A stretch of DNA of 64,000 nt. Origin: Thermovirgaceae bacterium (GTDB lineage Bacteria; Synergistota; Synergistia; Synergistales; Thermovirgaceae). The notes under the pieces are model-generated. The model made no database searches. It was not told the origin of the DNA and saw only the letters and a list, made by a program, of their open reading frames with translations. The stretch is from the NCBI GenBank assembly GCA_030656095.1, contig JAUSOU010000086.1:3488-67487 (forward strand). Reading direction: 5' to 3'. A program made the translations under genes and the position numbers. Positions 1-9,015 of this stretch are shown here, piece after piece (position 1 is the first letter of the stretch; each line of letters begins with the position of its first letter).

Positions 1-340
1 ACTCTTTCCCGAGATCGTCGGGGAGCATGCCGAAGAGTTTTTTCGCTCCTCGCTCCTCGCGTTCCCGCTGTCCATCTATCCCTTTGTCATCGTAGGCGTA
101 GGTGTCACCGGCGTAGATCTCTACAAGGTCGTGGGTCAGGACAAGCTTCAATGTTTTGAGCAGATCATTCTCGAATCCGATCTCGCGATGCAGAAGCATC
201 GCCCATATCGCAAGGTGCCACATGTGTTCGGCGATGCTTTCACGGCGGCTTCCGTCTCCCAGGTAGCCTTTCCTGAGGATGTTTTTCGCTCCGTCCGTGG
301 TTTTCAGAAAATCAAGGATCTGTTCCGTTCGGGAGTCCAT
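1..340 (-). CDS. HD-domain metal-dependent phosphohydrolase (YfbR-like). The 3' end runs off the window.
   Basis: My own minus-strand translation from ATG 340-338 gives MDSRTEQILDFLKTTDGAKNILRKGYLGDGSRRESIAEHMWHLAIWAMLLHREIGF..LVLTHDLVEIYAGDTYAYDD, which carries the H..HD signature. A GGAGG complement lies at 348-352, 7 nt upstream. The ORF is absent from the track because it is open at the window edge. Confidence 0.7.
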   Translation of the reverse strand, partial: MDSRTEQILDFLKTTDGAKNILRKGYLGDGSRRESIAEHMWHLAIWAMLLHREIGFENDLLKTLKLVLTHDLVEIYAGDTYAYDDKGIDGQREREERGAKKLFGMLPDDLGKE

Positions 341-531
341 TGGAGTACCTCCTGTTTGACGGAAAAAGGGCTTTGTCCCAAAAGGGACTTTGCACCGCAG
401 AAAATGCGGGACTAGGCAATTGAAATTGAATGCAATATATTAATTCAAGTGGCATAGCCCGGACAGGAGCCCAACCATATGACCTGACTGAGCCTGTTTT
501 TCAAATCCAGACCAACGGGAGGTAACTTTTT

Positions 532-1791
532 ATGAAGATAGACCCGAAATACCTTGATATTCCTGAACGCAGAAAAGAGTTTCCGTCCCTTGCCAGAAAG
601 CATATGGGCTTGCCTCTTGCCTTTTTCGACGGTCCCGGGGGGACGCAGGTTCCACAATCGGTCATTGATGCAATAGTCTCCTATTATTGTACCTGCAATT
701 CGAATACCCACGGATTCTTCGTCACGACCAACGAATCTGACAGGATCCTTGAAGAGACCCGAGAGGCGGCCGCCGCGTTTTTAGGAGCTACAAGCGGGAA
801 GAATATTTCCTTCGGCCACAACATGACTACACTGAACTTCACCCTGAGCAGGGCTATAGGCAAGGCGCTGGTTCCCGGCGACGAAATCCTGATAACGCAG
901 CTCGATCATGAGGCGAACAGGGGTCCGTGGCTGGCCCTTCGCGATGGGGGTATCGTCGTCAGGGAGGTGCGCCTTCTTCCCGGAGGTACTCTCGATTACG
1001 AAGATTTCAGGGAAAAGATCGGAGAGAACACCAGGCTCGTGGCAATGGGTTTTTCCTCCAATGCCTTCGGAACCATCAACGATGTGGAGAAGGTCCGGGG
1101 ATTGACCCACAAGGCAGGGGCATGGCTGCTTGTCGACGCTGTTCACTATGCCCCTCATTTTCCGATAGACGTCAACGCCCTCGGTGTGGATTTTCTGCTT
1201 TGCTCTGCATACAAGTTCTACGGGCCGCATATAGGGCTGCTCTATTCGAGGGAGGGGCTCCTGGACAGCCTTCCCGCATTCACCCTCCGAACCCAGGAAC
1301 AGCAAGCTCCCTACCGGATAGAGACCGGGACCCTCAACCATGCCGCCATCGCCGGAGTGAAGGCAGCAATAGAGTTTATAGCCTCTTTTGGAAGCGGAGG
1401 AACTTTCCGGGAAAAGATCGTAAGTGCCATGGAACGTTTAGGGGAGTACGAGCACATCCTGGGGAAGGAGATATACGAGGGGCTTAAAAGAATCGACGGG
1501 GTTACCATCGTGGGAACCTCTTTCGATACATCCAGGAGAGCGCCGACGGTTTCCTTCACAATGGATGGATTTGACCCCATCGAGGTCTGCAAGCTTCTGG
1601 ATAAACGTGGTATCTGCGCCTGGGACGGGAACTTTTACGCGATTCGGCCCATAGAGGTTCTAGGACTTCTGGAAAAGGGCGGGGTAACCAGGGTAGGAGT
1701 TTCACTCTACAACACCGGGGAAGAGATAAAAAGACTTCTGGAGGCTGTGGCGGATATTTCGAGCGGCGCGCTCTCGCAGGCCTGCAAATGA
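532..1791 (+). CDS. Class-V aminotransferase, cysteine desulfurase-like family protein
   Basis: A 419-aa ORF with the fold-type-I PLP enzyme pattern (LLVDAVHYAPH, CSAYKFYGPH). GGGAGG at 517-522 precedes the ATG at 532. Confidence 0.8.
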   Translation: MKIDPKYLDIPERRKEFPSLARKHMGLPLAFFDGPGGTQVPQSVIDAIVSYYCTCNSNTHGFFVTTNESDRILEETREAAAAFLGATSGKNISFGHNMTTLNFTLSRAIGKALVPGDEILITQLDHEANRGPWLALRDGGIVVREVRLLPGGTLDYEDFREKIGENTRLVAMGFSSNAFGTINDVEKVRGLTHKAGAWLLVDAVHYAPHFPIDVNALGVDFLLCSAYKFYGPHIGLLYSREGLLDSLPAFTLRTQEQQAPYRIETGTLNHAAIAGVKAAIEFIASFGSGGTFREKIVSAMERLGEYEHILGKEIYEGLKRIDGVTIVGTSFDTSRRAPTVSFTMDGFDPIEVCKLLDKRGICAWDGNFYAIRPIEVLGLLEKGGVTRVGVSLYNTGEEIKRLLEAVADISSGALSQACK

Positions 1792-2819
1792 TGAAGGCGC
1801 TTTTCATAGGTTTCGGCAACGTCGGAAGGACTATTGCCAGGATCCTGACAGTTGAAAGGTCCCGTTTCCCGGGGATGTACCCTCTTGATGATCTTGTGCC
1901 TGTCGGCATCGTCACCAGAAGAGGGGGTTCCCTCGTCGACCCGGAGGGGATTGACCTCCGCCTGGCACTGGAGGAGATAGAGTCAAAGGGGCGGTTTCCG
2001 AAGGCGCACCCCGGTTATTCGGAAATTTCCGGGGAAGAGGCGGCCAGGACACTGGATTATGACGTTATTGTAGAACTTTCGACGCTCTCCGTTGAGAACC
2101 GCGGGGAACCGGCGGCCACCCATATCAGGACGGCTTTGAGCCGGAAACGTCATGCCGTCTCCGCGAACAAGGGGCCTGTCGCTTTTTCCTACAGGGAACT
2201 TTCCGGATTGGCCGAGTCGGCCGGCAAGAAGTTTCTCTTCGAGACTACAGTAATGGATGGGGCTCCCGTCTTCAATCTCCGGGAGTTCTGCCTGAAAGGG
2301 TGTGTTGTTACCGCGTTTGACGGTATTCTTAACTCGACGACCAACTACATCCTCTCCAGGATGGAGGAGGGGGCCGATTTTGCCGACGCTGTCAGGGAGG
2401 CCCAGGAGACAGGTGTTGCAGAGGCGGATCCGCGGAACGATATCGACGGATGGGATGCCGCGGCCAAGGTGGCAGCCCTTGCAAACGTTCTTCTCGGCGC
2501 AGAGATGACCCCTCTTGACGTTGACAGGCAGGGCATTGCCGGGGTCACCGCCGGGGACATCAGGAAAGCGGCGCTTTCCGGGAACCGGCTCAAGCTTGTT
2601 TGCAGGGCCTGGAAGGACCGGGGGAAGGCCTTTGGCAAGGTCGGGATCGAAGAAGTTCCCGCCACTCACCATTTTTCCCTAGTTTCCGGAGAAGGTGCCG
2701 TTCTCAGGATCCATACCGACCTGATGGGCCCCATCCTGGTCACCCAGGAGAAGCCTGATCTTTATGACACGGCATACGGAGTTCTGGGCGATCTCATCTC
2801 CATACGCCAACTCTATTAG
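1788..2819 (+). CDS. hom: Homoserine dehydrogenase family protein (short form, no ACT domain)
   Basis: N-terminal GFGNVG Rossmann motif, followed by ANKGPVA..FETTVMDGAPV..NSTTNYIL..AQETGVAEADPRNDIDGWDAAAK, which is typical of Hom. The ATG overlaps the upstream stop (ATGA at 1788-1791). Confidence 0.75.
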   Translation: MMKALFIGFGNVGRTIARILTVERSRFPGMYPLDDLVPVGIVTRRGGSLVDPEGIDLRLALEEIESKGRFPKAHPGYSEISGEEAARTLDYDVIVELSTLSVENRGEPAATHIRTALSRKRHAVSANKGPVAFSYRELSGLAESAGKKFLFETTVMDGAPVFNLREFCLKGCVVTAFDGILNSTTNYILSRMEEGADFADAVREAQETGVAEADPRNDIDGWDAAAKVAALANVLLGAEMTPLDVDRQGIAGVTAGDIRKAALSGNRLKLVCRAWKDRGKAFGKVGIEEVPATHHFSLVSGEGAVLRIHTDLMGPILVTQEKPDLYDTAYGVLGDLISIRQLY

Positions 2820-2842
2820 TGGATCATAATTCAATGTATCCA

Positions 2843-2879
2843 TTGCCCGGCCGGGGCATCCATGTTATAAATGAAAACA
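2843..2879 (+). promoter_or_regulatory. Candidate rbr promoter (TTGCCC-17-TATAAA) with an imperfect 17-bp palindrome over the -10 box (possible Fur/PerR-type operator)
   Basis: TTGCCC at 2843-2848 and TATAAA at 2866-2871. The palindrome TGTTATAAATGAAAACA at 2863-2879 has 12 of 16 symmetric positions. Read by eye only. Confidence 0.3.
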
Positions 2880-2910
2880 TTACAAATTGAGTTTTCAAGG
2901 AGGGGTTATT

Positions 2911-3411
2911 ATGGCAAACGGGAAGACTATGAAAAACCTTGAGGCAGCTTTTTCGGGTGAGTCACAGGCCAACCGGAAATACCTGGCTTTTGCGAAAAAG
3001 GCCGACGAAGAGGGATTCCATCAGGCAGCGAAACTTTTCAGGGCCGCCGCGGAGGCAGAGACAATTCACGCGCATACGCACCTTAAGTCAATGGGTATGA
3101 TCAAATCGACAGCCGAGAACCTGGATTCCGCCGTAGCCGGCGAGACGTATGAGTTCAAGAGTATGTATCCCGGTTTCATCGAAGATGCCAAAACAGAGGG
3201 TGAAACTCAGGCAGAAAAATCATTTCGCCTTGCCAACGAGGCGGAGAAGGTTCACGCCGATCTTTATATCAAAGCCAGAGAGACCCTCGGCTCAGAGGAA
3301 CCTCTTGATTATTTCCTCTGTACTGTTTGCGGTCATATTGCGGAAAGGGAAGCGCCGGAAGCCTGTCCTCTATGCGGAGCCAAAAAGCAGGCCTATAGAC
3401 TGGTAGAGTAG
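2911..3411 (+). CDS. rbr: Rubrerythrin
   Basis: NLEAAFSGESQANRKYLAFAKKA and ETIHAHTHL form the diiron helices. The C-terminal CTVCGH..CPLCGA is the rubredoxin-like Cys4. The ATG at 2911 follows AAGGAGG, so the track's TTG at 2887 is probably too early. Confidence 0.9.
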   Translation: MANGKTMKNLEAAFSGESQANRKYLAFAKKADEEGFHQAAKLFRAAAEAETIHAHTHLKSMGMIKSTAENLDSAVAGETYEFKSMYPGFIEDAKTEGETQAEKSFRLANEAEKVHADLYIKARETLGSEEPLDYFLCTVCGHIAEREAPEACPLCGAKKQAYRLVE

Positions 3412-3446
3412 GTATCTGGCGCGGGGATGACCAAGGAGGCTGGATC

Positions 3447-3959
3447 ATGAAAAATGTAAGGTCAATTACAATGAAAGGCAACTCCATGACCCTTGTCGGC
3501 CCATCCCTGGCGGTGGGTGAGAAGGTGCCCGGTTTCACAGTTCTCGATCAGTCTCTAGGGGCGGTTACGCTGGATGATTTCAAGGGAAAGATCAAGGTGA
3601 TCTCCGTTACGCCGTCTCTCGACACTCCGGTCTGCGATCTGCAGGCGCACTGGTTCAACGAAGAGGCTGCTGCCCTTCCTGAAGATGCGGCGGTGATAAA
3701 CATAAGCATGGACCTTCCTTTTGCGATCAGGAGGTTTTGCATTGCAGGGGGTATCGATGCAGTAAAGGTCTACTCCGATCACCGGGAGGCATCTTTCGGA
3801 ACTGAATGGGGAGTCCTGATAAAGGAACTCAGGCTTCTTGCCAGGGCGGTTTTCGTTGTGGATAAAGAAGATGTTCTCCGCTATGCAGAGATAGTTCCCG
3901 AGGCCACGAACCCGCCAGATTATGATTCTGCTATGGCGGTTCTGAAAGATATCCTTTAA
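3447..3959 (+). CDS. tpx: Thiol peroxidase (atypical 2-Cys peroxiredoxin)
   Basis: VISVTPSLDTPVCDLQ and DLPFAIRRFC match the Tpx peroxidatic and resolving Cys contexts. AAGGAGG lies at 3433-3439. Confidence 0.9.
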   Translation: MKNVRSITMKGNSMTLVGPSLAVGEKVPGFTVLDQSLGAVTLDDFKGKIKVISVTPSLDTPVCDLQAHWFNEEAAALPEDAAVINISMDLPFAIRRFCIAGGIDAVKVYSDHREASFGTEWGVLIKELRLLARAVFVVDKEDVLRYAEIVPEATNPPDYDSAMAVLKDIL

Positions 3960-4046
3960 AGCACTTTATGGGGCTTTTTTTGATCCGCACACATCGGGAT
4001 GCTGTATAGTGTTTCAGCAAAACAGAACTGCGGAAGAGGTGAAGTC

Positions 4047-5042
4047 GTGTACAAGATAAGGGTTCTGCACAGCGAGGATCTTGTCAGGCTCCTGACAATG
4101 AAGGATGTCGTTGCCGCAGTCGAGACAGCCTATGAACAGTATTCAAACAAGGAAGCAGGACTCTTTCCCGTCATTGTCCACGAATTCGAGCCTGGGATGC
4201 GCGAAATGGATATCAAATCAGGCTATCTTTCAGGAACGGGTCTTGCTGGTCTGAAGTTGATAGGGTATGTGGCTGACAATCCTGACAAAAGAAGAATTCC
4301 CGCAATTTCCGGTCTGGTGGTTGTTATCAGTATAGAAACGGGCAGACCGGTTGGCATCCTGGACGGTATGATCATAACCAACATCAGGACAGGTGCCGCA
4401 GGGGCTATAGGGGCCAAATATCTTGCGAGAAAGGATTCCGAGAATGTTCTCGTCGTTGGTTCCGGAGCACAGGGTAGAGCCCAGGTCAGGGGATTGCTGA
4501 GTGTGCTTCCAGACATACGCAGAATCTGGATTGCTGGCAGAGACGGGAATAAACTTGCGACCTATGTTGAGGAGATGTCCTCCGAGTACGTAAATGTGTC
4601 GTTCGAGGCGGTATCTATGAATGATCTGGGGTCCAAAGCAGCTAAATCCGATATTATCGTAACCTGTACACCCGCACATGAACCTTTTATAAGGAAAGAA
4701 TGGATCAGACCCGGAACGCATATAAATGCTGTAGGGGCTGATTTTCCCGGGAAACAGGAGATCGATGAGACGTTGCTCCCCCAGGTGAGACTGGTAGCTG
4801 ACTGCAGGGTCCAGACCCTTGAGCTGGGAGAGATGCAGACCGCATACAGAAAAGGACTTATAAGCGAGAATGACGTCGATGAGATAGGTGAGATAATCTC
4901 CGGTTCTGCTCCAGGCAGGGAGTCATCCGACGAGATAACGCTTTTTGACGCCACGGGAATGGCGCTCCAGGACATAGTCACCGCAAACCTTGCTCTTACA
5001 AGAGCCAGTGAACAGGGAATCGGCTCTCTGGTAATGATGTAG
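4047..5042 (+). CDS. Ornithine cyclodeaminase / mu-crystallin family NAD(P)-dependent enzyme
   Basis: Family-typical TGAAGAIGAKYLA and VVGSGAQGRAQ Rossmann segment. I prefer the GTG at 4047 (after GAGGTG), but the ATG at 3999 is also possible. Confidence 0.8.
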   Translation: MYKIRVLHSEDLVRLLTMKDVVAAVETAYEQYSNKEAGLFPVIVHEFEPGMREMDIKSGYLSGTGLAGLKLIGYVADNPDKRRIPAISGLVVVISIETGRPVGILDGMIITNIRTGAAGAIGAKYLARKDSENVLVVGSGAQGRAQVRGLLSVLPDIRRIWIAGRDGNKLATYVEEMSSEYVNVSFEAVSMNDLGSKAAKSDIIVTCTPAHEPFIRKEWIRPGTHINAVGADFPGKQEIDETLLPQVRLVADCRVQTLELGEMQTAYRKGLISENDVDEIGEIISGSAPGRESSDEITLFDATGMALQDIVTANLALTRASEQGIGSLVMM

Positions 5043-5065
5043 GCGTCAGGAAGGAGACTTTCTTT

Positions 5066-6052
5066 ATGAAGATGATCGAACCGACCATAACCGATATACT
5101 CCAGGCCAGGAAATTTCTGGAGGGAAAGATCCGCCAGACTCCCGTGGAAATATCCCCCGGCCTGTCAGATATTTCGGGAGCAGATGTCTTTCTGAAGTGG
5201 GAGAATCTACAGATCTGCGGATCCTTCAAGGTCAGGGGCGCCCTGAACAGAATGTATGCTCTTAGCGATACTGAAAGAAGGCGCGGAGTAATCACTTCTT
5301 CCTCCGGAAACCACGCTCAGGGAGTTGCAATGGCCGCAAGTCTTCTTGGTATAAGAGCCGTCATTTATGTTCCTGGTTCATGTCCCCAGACAAAGAGAGA
5401 TGCAATAATTTCAAGAGGCAAGGGCATGGTGGAACTTCGGGTTGTAGGTCGCTTCTACGATGAAGCTGAGGTCGAAGCAAAGACAGTCTCAGAGAAGGAT
5501 GGGCTTGTATATATATCTGCCTACGAGGATTATCACGTCGTCTGTGGTCAGGGGACCCTCGGAGTGGAGTTCATTATGGAAGTTCCTGATCTTGAAGTTC
5601 TGGTCGTGCCAATCAGCGGTGGCGGGCTTATATACGGTATTGCAACCGCTGCAAAAGCTCTTTGCCCAGGGATTGAGGTTATCGGAGTTCACGCAGACAC
5701 GAATCCCACATGGAAAGTTGCCTGGGAGAGGGGGGAGGTAGTCCCGGTGGATGAGGAGGATACCTACGCGGACGCACTCTCTGGAGCAGCCTCACCCGTG
5801 CTTTTCCCGTCGATCAGAAAGGTCGTAACCAGGCTGGTTTCGGTCTCGGAGGAAGAGATCGCAAGAGGGATTGCCTTTCTGCACTCGAAGCACCATCAAG
5901 TTGCAGAAGGAGCAGGTGCCATAGGAGTCGCAGCTCTTCTTGCAGGAAAGATACAATGCAGCGGAAGGAAAACCGGAATTGTTATCAGCGGAGGAAATAT
6001 CGGAGATAAAACCTTACTGAGAGCCATTGCTGAAGCTGGAGGTGAAGCATGA
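5066..6052 (+). CDS. Fold-type-II PLP enzyme, threonine/serine ammonia-lyase-like (no regulatory ACT domain)
   Basis: ENLQICGSFKVRGALN carries the PLP-binding lysine motif, with SSGNHAQG and a later glycine-rich loop. AAGGAG precedes the ATG. Confidence 0.8.
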   Translation: MKMIEPTITDILQARKFLEGKIRQTPVEISPGLSDISGADVFLKWENLQICGSFKVRGALNRMYALSDTERRRGVITSSSGNHAQGVAMAASLLGIRAVIYVPGSCPQTKRDAIISRGKGMVELRVVGRFYDEAEVEAKTVSEKDGLVYISAYEDYHVVCGQGTLGVEFIMEVPDLEVLVVPISGGGLIYGIATAAKALCPGIEVIGVHADTNPTWKVAWERGEVVPVDEEDTYADALSGAASPVLFPSIRKVVTRLVSVSEEEIARGIAFLHSKHHQVAEGAGAIGVAALLAGKIQCSGRKTGIVISGGNIGDKTLLRAIAEAGGEA

Positions 6053-6264
6053 CCAAAGAAATACAGAATAGTGAGGGCAAGGATGAAAAAAGCAGGCGGT
6101 CGCCCATAACCACTCTTCTTTTCATTACCGTGACACTTGCCCTTGCTGTAAAAATGGTCATCCGGATACCAGCCGCAAGGGAATTCTTTTCAGGTTACGG
6201 TAAATTCATATTCCTTCCGGTTCTGGTTTTTCTGGGTTACATTGGGACCCAAAGGAAGAAGTAG
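6049..6264 (+). CDS. Small hypothetical membrane protein (two predicted TM helices)
   Basis: The ATGA start/stop overlap with the upstream gene suggests translational coupling. Hydrophobic stretches are ITTLLFITVTLALAV and FIFLPVLVFLGYI. I recognise no family. Confidence 0.4.
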   Translation: MTKEIQNSEGKDEKSRRSPITTLLFITVTLALAVKMVIRIPAAREFFSGYGKFIFLPVLVFLGYIGTQRKK

Positions 6265-7192
6265 ACATGTCTCCCTGAAATGCACCAAGTTCCTCAAGTC
6301 GTCCCTGTATGAGGGATATGACCTGAGCCTTTCTACTCAGCCAATCTGGTGCGATCAGCTCAGGAGGATCCGCGTCAGCTGAAAGGCGCTGTATCAAAAC
6401 GTCTCCCGGTATAACCCTGATGGCATGCACAACTTCCGATACATAATCCTCTTTGATTATAGGGACAAAGGAGCTTTCCAGATAAAGCTTTTCCAGCATC
6501 GTCCCCCTGAGCACATGAAGCGGATGGAACTTCAGTGCCTGAACTCCGCGCTCTGCCAGCCAGCGCGATGAATGGCTTAGCTGCAGAGATCTTTCACCCG
6601 GAATACCAGAGATAAGATGGGCGCAAACGAATATTTTTCTTCCTGCAGTCCTGGCAACGGCGTCTTCTATCTCCTCCAGGTCATGTCCCCGGCTCAGCCA
6701 CTTCAGACCGGACGGATCGATCGTCTGGACCCCCAACTCCAGCCAAACGTCGATACTGTTTTTTTCTCCGAGCCGTTCCATGATGTCGAGGATATCATCG
6801 GGAACCTGGTCCGGTCTGGCACCTATGGCTATGCCTGCCACCCTGCCGATATTCCTCGAAAGAGCAAGCGTGCTTTCAAGAGTTTCCCTGAACTTTTCCG
6901 GAGTGGTGTTGGTAGGGGAGTAGCTTTGGAAATAAAGGAGCGCCATGGTGGTTCCGCTGACACGATCCAGCCTCCCGAAACCCCGGCGGATCTGGCTTCC
7001 CAGGTTTTCTCCCCTCAGGAAAGCACCTGACCCTCCACCGCGGGCGTCACAGAATATGCAGCCTCCACTTACGAGACCTTTGCGGTTCGGACAGCCGGCC
7101 CCGGAGTCAAGGGAGATCTTTTGAACCCTTGTACCCCAGCGTTCCCTGAGCCAGCGAGACCAGCTGTTATATCTGCACAAAGCTTCAGGCAC
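6206..7192 (-). CDS. TIGR01212-family radical SAM protein (YhcC/YtqA-like)
   Basis: RVQKISLDSGAGCPNRKGLVSGGCIFCD matches the family's N-terminal Cys cluster region. The GTG start lies 3 nt after the purE stop. Confidence 0.85.
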   Translation of the reverse strand: MPEALCRYNSWSRWLRERWGTRVQKISLDSGAGCPNRKGLVSGGCIFCDARGGGSGAFLRGENLGSQIRRGFGRLDRVSGTTMALLYFQSYSPTNTTPEKFRETLESTLALSRNIGRVAGIAIGARPDQVPDDILDIMERLGEKNSIDVWLELGVQTIDPSGLKWLSRGHDLEEIEDAVARTAGRKIFVCAHLISGIPGERSLQLSHSSRWLAERGVQALKFHPLHVLRGTMLEKLYLESSFVPIIKEDYVSEVVHAIRVIPGDVLIQRLSADADPPELIAPDWLSRKAQVISLIQGRLEELGAFQGDMSTSSFGSQCNPEKPEPEGI

Positions 7193-7195
7193 CCT

Positions 7196-7720
7196 TTATT
7201 TTGCCTCGAATGCGGATTCGGGCGCTACGGGGAGGCCTGCAAGTTCGGATCTTGATGCCGCAACCTTCTGCATGCCAGCCGCTGTGTCGTTCCAGAGGTT
7301 TTCATGAATCCTTTCGTCGGAAAGAGCGATTATCCTGGCGGCAAAAAGTGCCGCATTCCTTGCGGAATCGATGCCCATAGCCGCAACGGGGACTCCGGGG
7401 GGCATCTGTGCGATAGAGAGAAGAGCTTCCAGGCCTCCCAGGGTTCCCGCGCTTACGGGGACGCCTATGACGGGCAGAGTGGTATGGGCGGCGATAACTC
7501 CCGGAAGCGCCGCGGCCAGGCCTGCAACGGCTATGATGACCCGCAGGCCCCTTGATTTGGCGTTTTTGGCGTAATTTGCCGAGTCTGCCGGGGTCCGATG
7601 TGCCGAAGACACGGTTATCTCGAATGGGATGCCCAGAGATTCCAGCGCCTCAGCAGCCTTGCGGCCTGATTCGAGGTCGGAACGCGATCCCATTATTATT
7701 CCGACAAGCGGTTCATTCAT
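7196..7720 (-). CDS. purE: N5-carboxyaminoimidazole ribonucleotide mutase (class I signature)
   Basis: VGIIMGSRSD..SSAHRTP..AGLAAALPGVIAAHTTLPVIGVPV. Confidence 0.93.
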   Translation of the reverse strand: MNEPLVGIIMGSRSDLESGRKAAEALESLGIPFEITVSSAHRTPADSANYAKNAKSRGLRVIIAVAGLAAALPGVIAAHTTLPVIGVPVSAGTLGGLEALLSIAQMPPGVPVAAMGIDSARNAALFAARIIALSDERIHENLWNDTAAGMQKVAASRSELAGLPVAPESAFEAK

Positions 7721-8999
7721 CGTGTTTCACTCCTTTTCCCAGAGCTATGTCCTTTCTGTAAAAGGCTCCTTCAAACCTGATATCGTCAAGAGCGGAATAT
7801 GCTCTGGCTCTGGCCGAAGGAAGATCGTCTCCGGTTCCAACTACGGTAAGAACCCTTCCGCCAGAGGATACGGTCTGGCCTGCTCCGTTAATTGTGGTCC
7901 CCGAATGGAAAACAATCACACCATCTTTTCCGGAGGCTCTTTCGAGCCCGGAGATGGGGAAGCCTTTCTCATAATAACTTGGATAACCTTTCGAGGCCAT
8001 GACGACTCCCACGGCAAACCGGGATGTGGACTCCGCGACTGTTTTTCCAAGGCTGCCGTTTGCACTGGCCAGGGCGAGAGCGGCGAAATCTCCCCCGAAA
8101 GCGGGAAGGACCGCCTGAGTTTCGGGGTCTCCCATTCGTACATTATATTCCAGGACCCTGATGCCCCCGCTTTGGTCAACCATCAGCCCGCAGTAAAGAA
8201 CGCCCCTGAACGGTATGGAATCCAAAGCAAGCCCTCGTACCGTTGGTTCCACTACCTGGAAGGAGACTTTCTGCAGGAAGGTGTCGTCAGCCCATGCGAC
8301 CGGTGAATAGGCTCCCATACCACCGGTGTTTGGGCCTTTGTCTCCGTCGAATGCTCTCTTGTGATCCTGGCTTGAAGGCAGAAACCTGAAAGTGCTGCCG
8401 TCCGTAACTGCAAGAACGGTCAACTCTTCTCCCGGAAGAAAATCCTCGATGACGACTTTTCGTCCGGATTCCCCGAGGATCTTTCTTTGGAGAAGATTGA
8501 TGCATATCTCCCTTGCCTCGAGAAGGGTACCCAGCACGAAAGCCCCCTTTCCGGCGGCAAGCCCGTCGGCCTTGACGATATATGGGGGTGTTCGTTTACA
8601 GAGGGCGGCATCGGCCTGCTCTACAGTTTCGCAGATGTCGAAATCCGCGGTTGGGATGCCGTGTCTGGCCATGAAAAGCTTGGCGAAGGCCTTGCTTCCC
8701 TCCAGCCTGGCCCCCAGTGCGCCGGGGCCGAAAACGGGGATCCCCCGCTCCCTGATAAAGTCTGCCACTCCTGCAACGAGAGGGGTCTCAGGCCCTATAA
8801 CCACAAGATCTGGCGATAGTTTTTCTGCCAGATCAAGGGCCTTTTCGGGATCCGAGGGGTCTATATCGTGAATTTTCGCGAGACTCGCAATTCCGGCATT
8901 GCACGGCGCGCAGTGGATCTCTCCGACAAGCGGAGACCTGGAGAGAGCCCAGGCCATGGCGTGCTCTCTGCCGCCCCCCCCGTAAAGAAGGACTCTCAT
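7713..8999 (-). CDS. purD: Phosphoribosylamine-glycine ligase
   Basis: MRVLLYGGGGREHAMAWAL start, an ATP-grasp core, and the end of the gene overlaps the purE start. Confidence 0.93.
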   Translation of the reverse strand: MRVLLYGGGGREHAMAWALSRSPLVGEIHCAPCNAGIASLAKIHDIDPSDPEKALDLAEKLSPDLVVIGPETPLVAGVADFIRERGIPVFGPGALGARLEGSKAFAKLFMARHGIPTADFDICETVEQADAALCKRTPPYIVKADGLAAGKGAFVLGTLLEAREICINLLQRKILGESGRKVVIEDFLPGEELTVLAVTDGSTFRFLPSSQDHKRAFDGDKGPNTGGMGAYSPVAWADDTFLQKVSFQVVEPTVRGLALDSIPFRGVLYCGLMVDQSGGIRVLEYNVRMGDPETQAVLPAFGGDFAALALASANGSLGKTVAESTSRFAVGVVMASKGYPSYYEKGFPISGLERASGKDGVIVFHSGTTINGAGQTVSSGGRVLTVVGTGDDLPSARARAYSALDDIRFEGAFYRKDIALGKGVKHDE

Positions 9000-9015
9000 G
9001 GCTTCGCCCCTTTCT

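Noticed and set aside
131-415. A 94-aa plus-strand ORF at the window start.
   Set aside because: The opposite strand encodes a clear HD-domain protein (H..HD motif) with a GGAGG RBS and the ATG at 340. The plus-strand ORF has no recognisable features.
2845-2858. The GC-rich near-palindrome GCCCGGCCGGGGCA after hom, considered as a terminator.
   Set aside because: It forms only a 4-5 bp stem, no T tract follows, and it sits inside the spacer of the putative rbr promoter.
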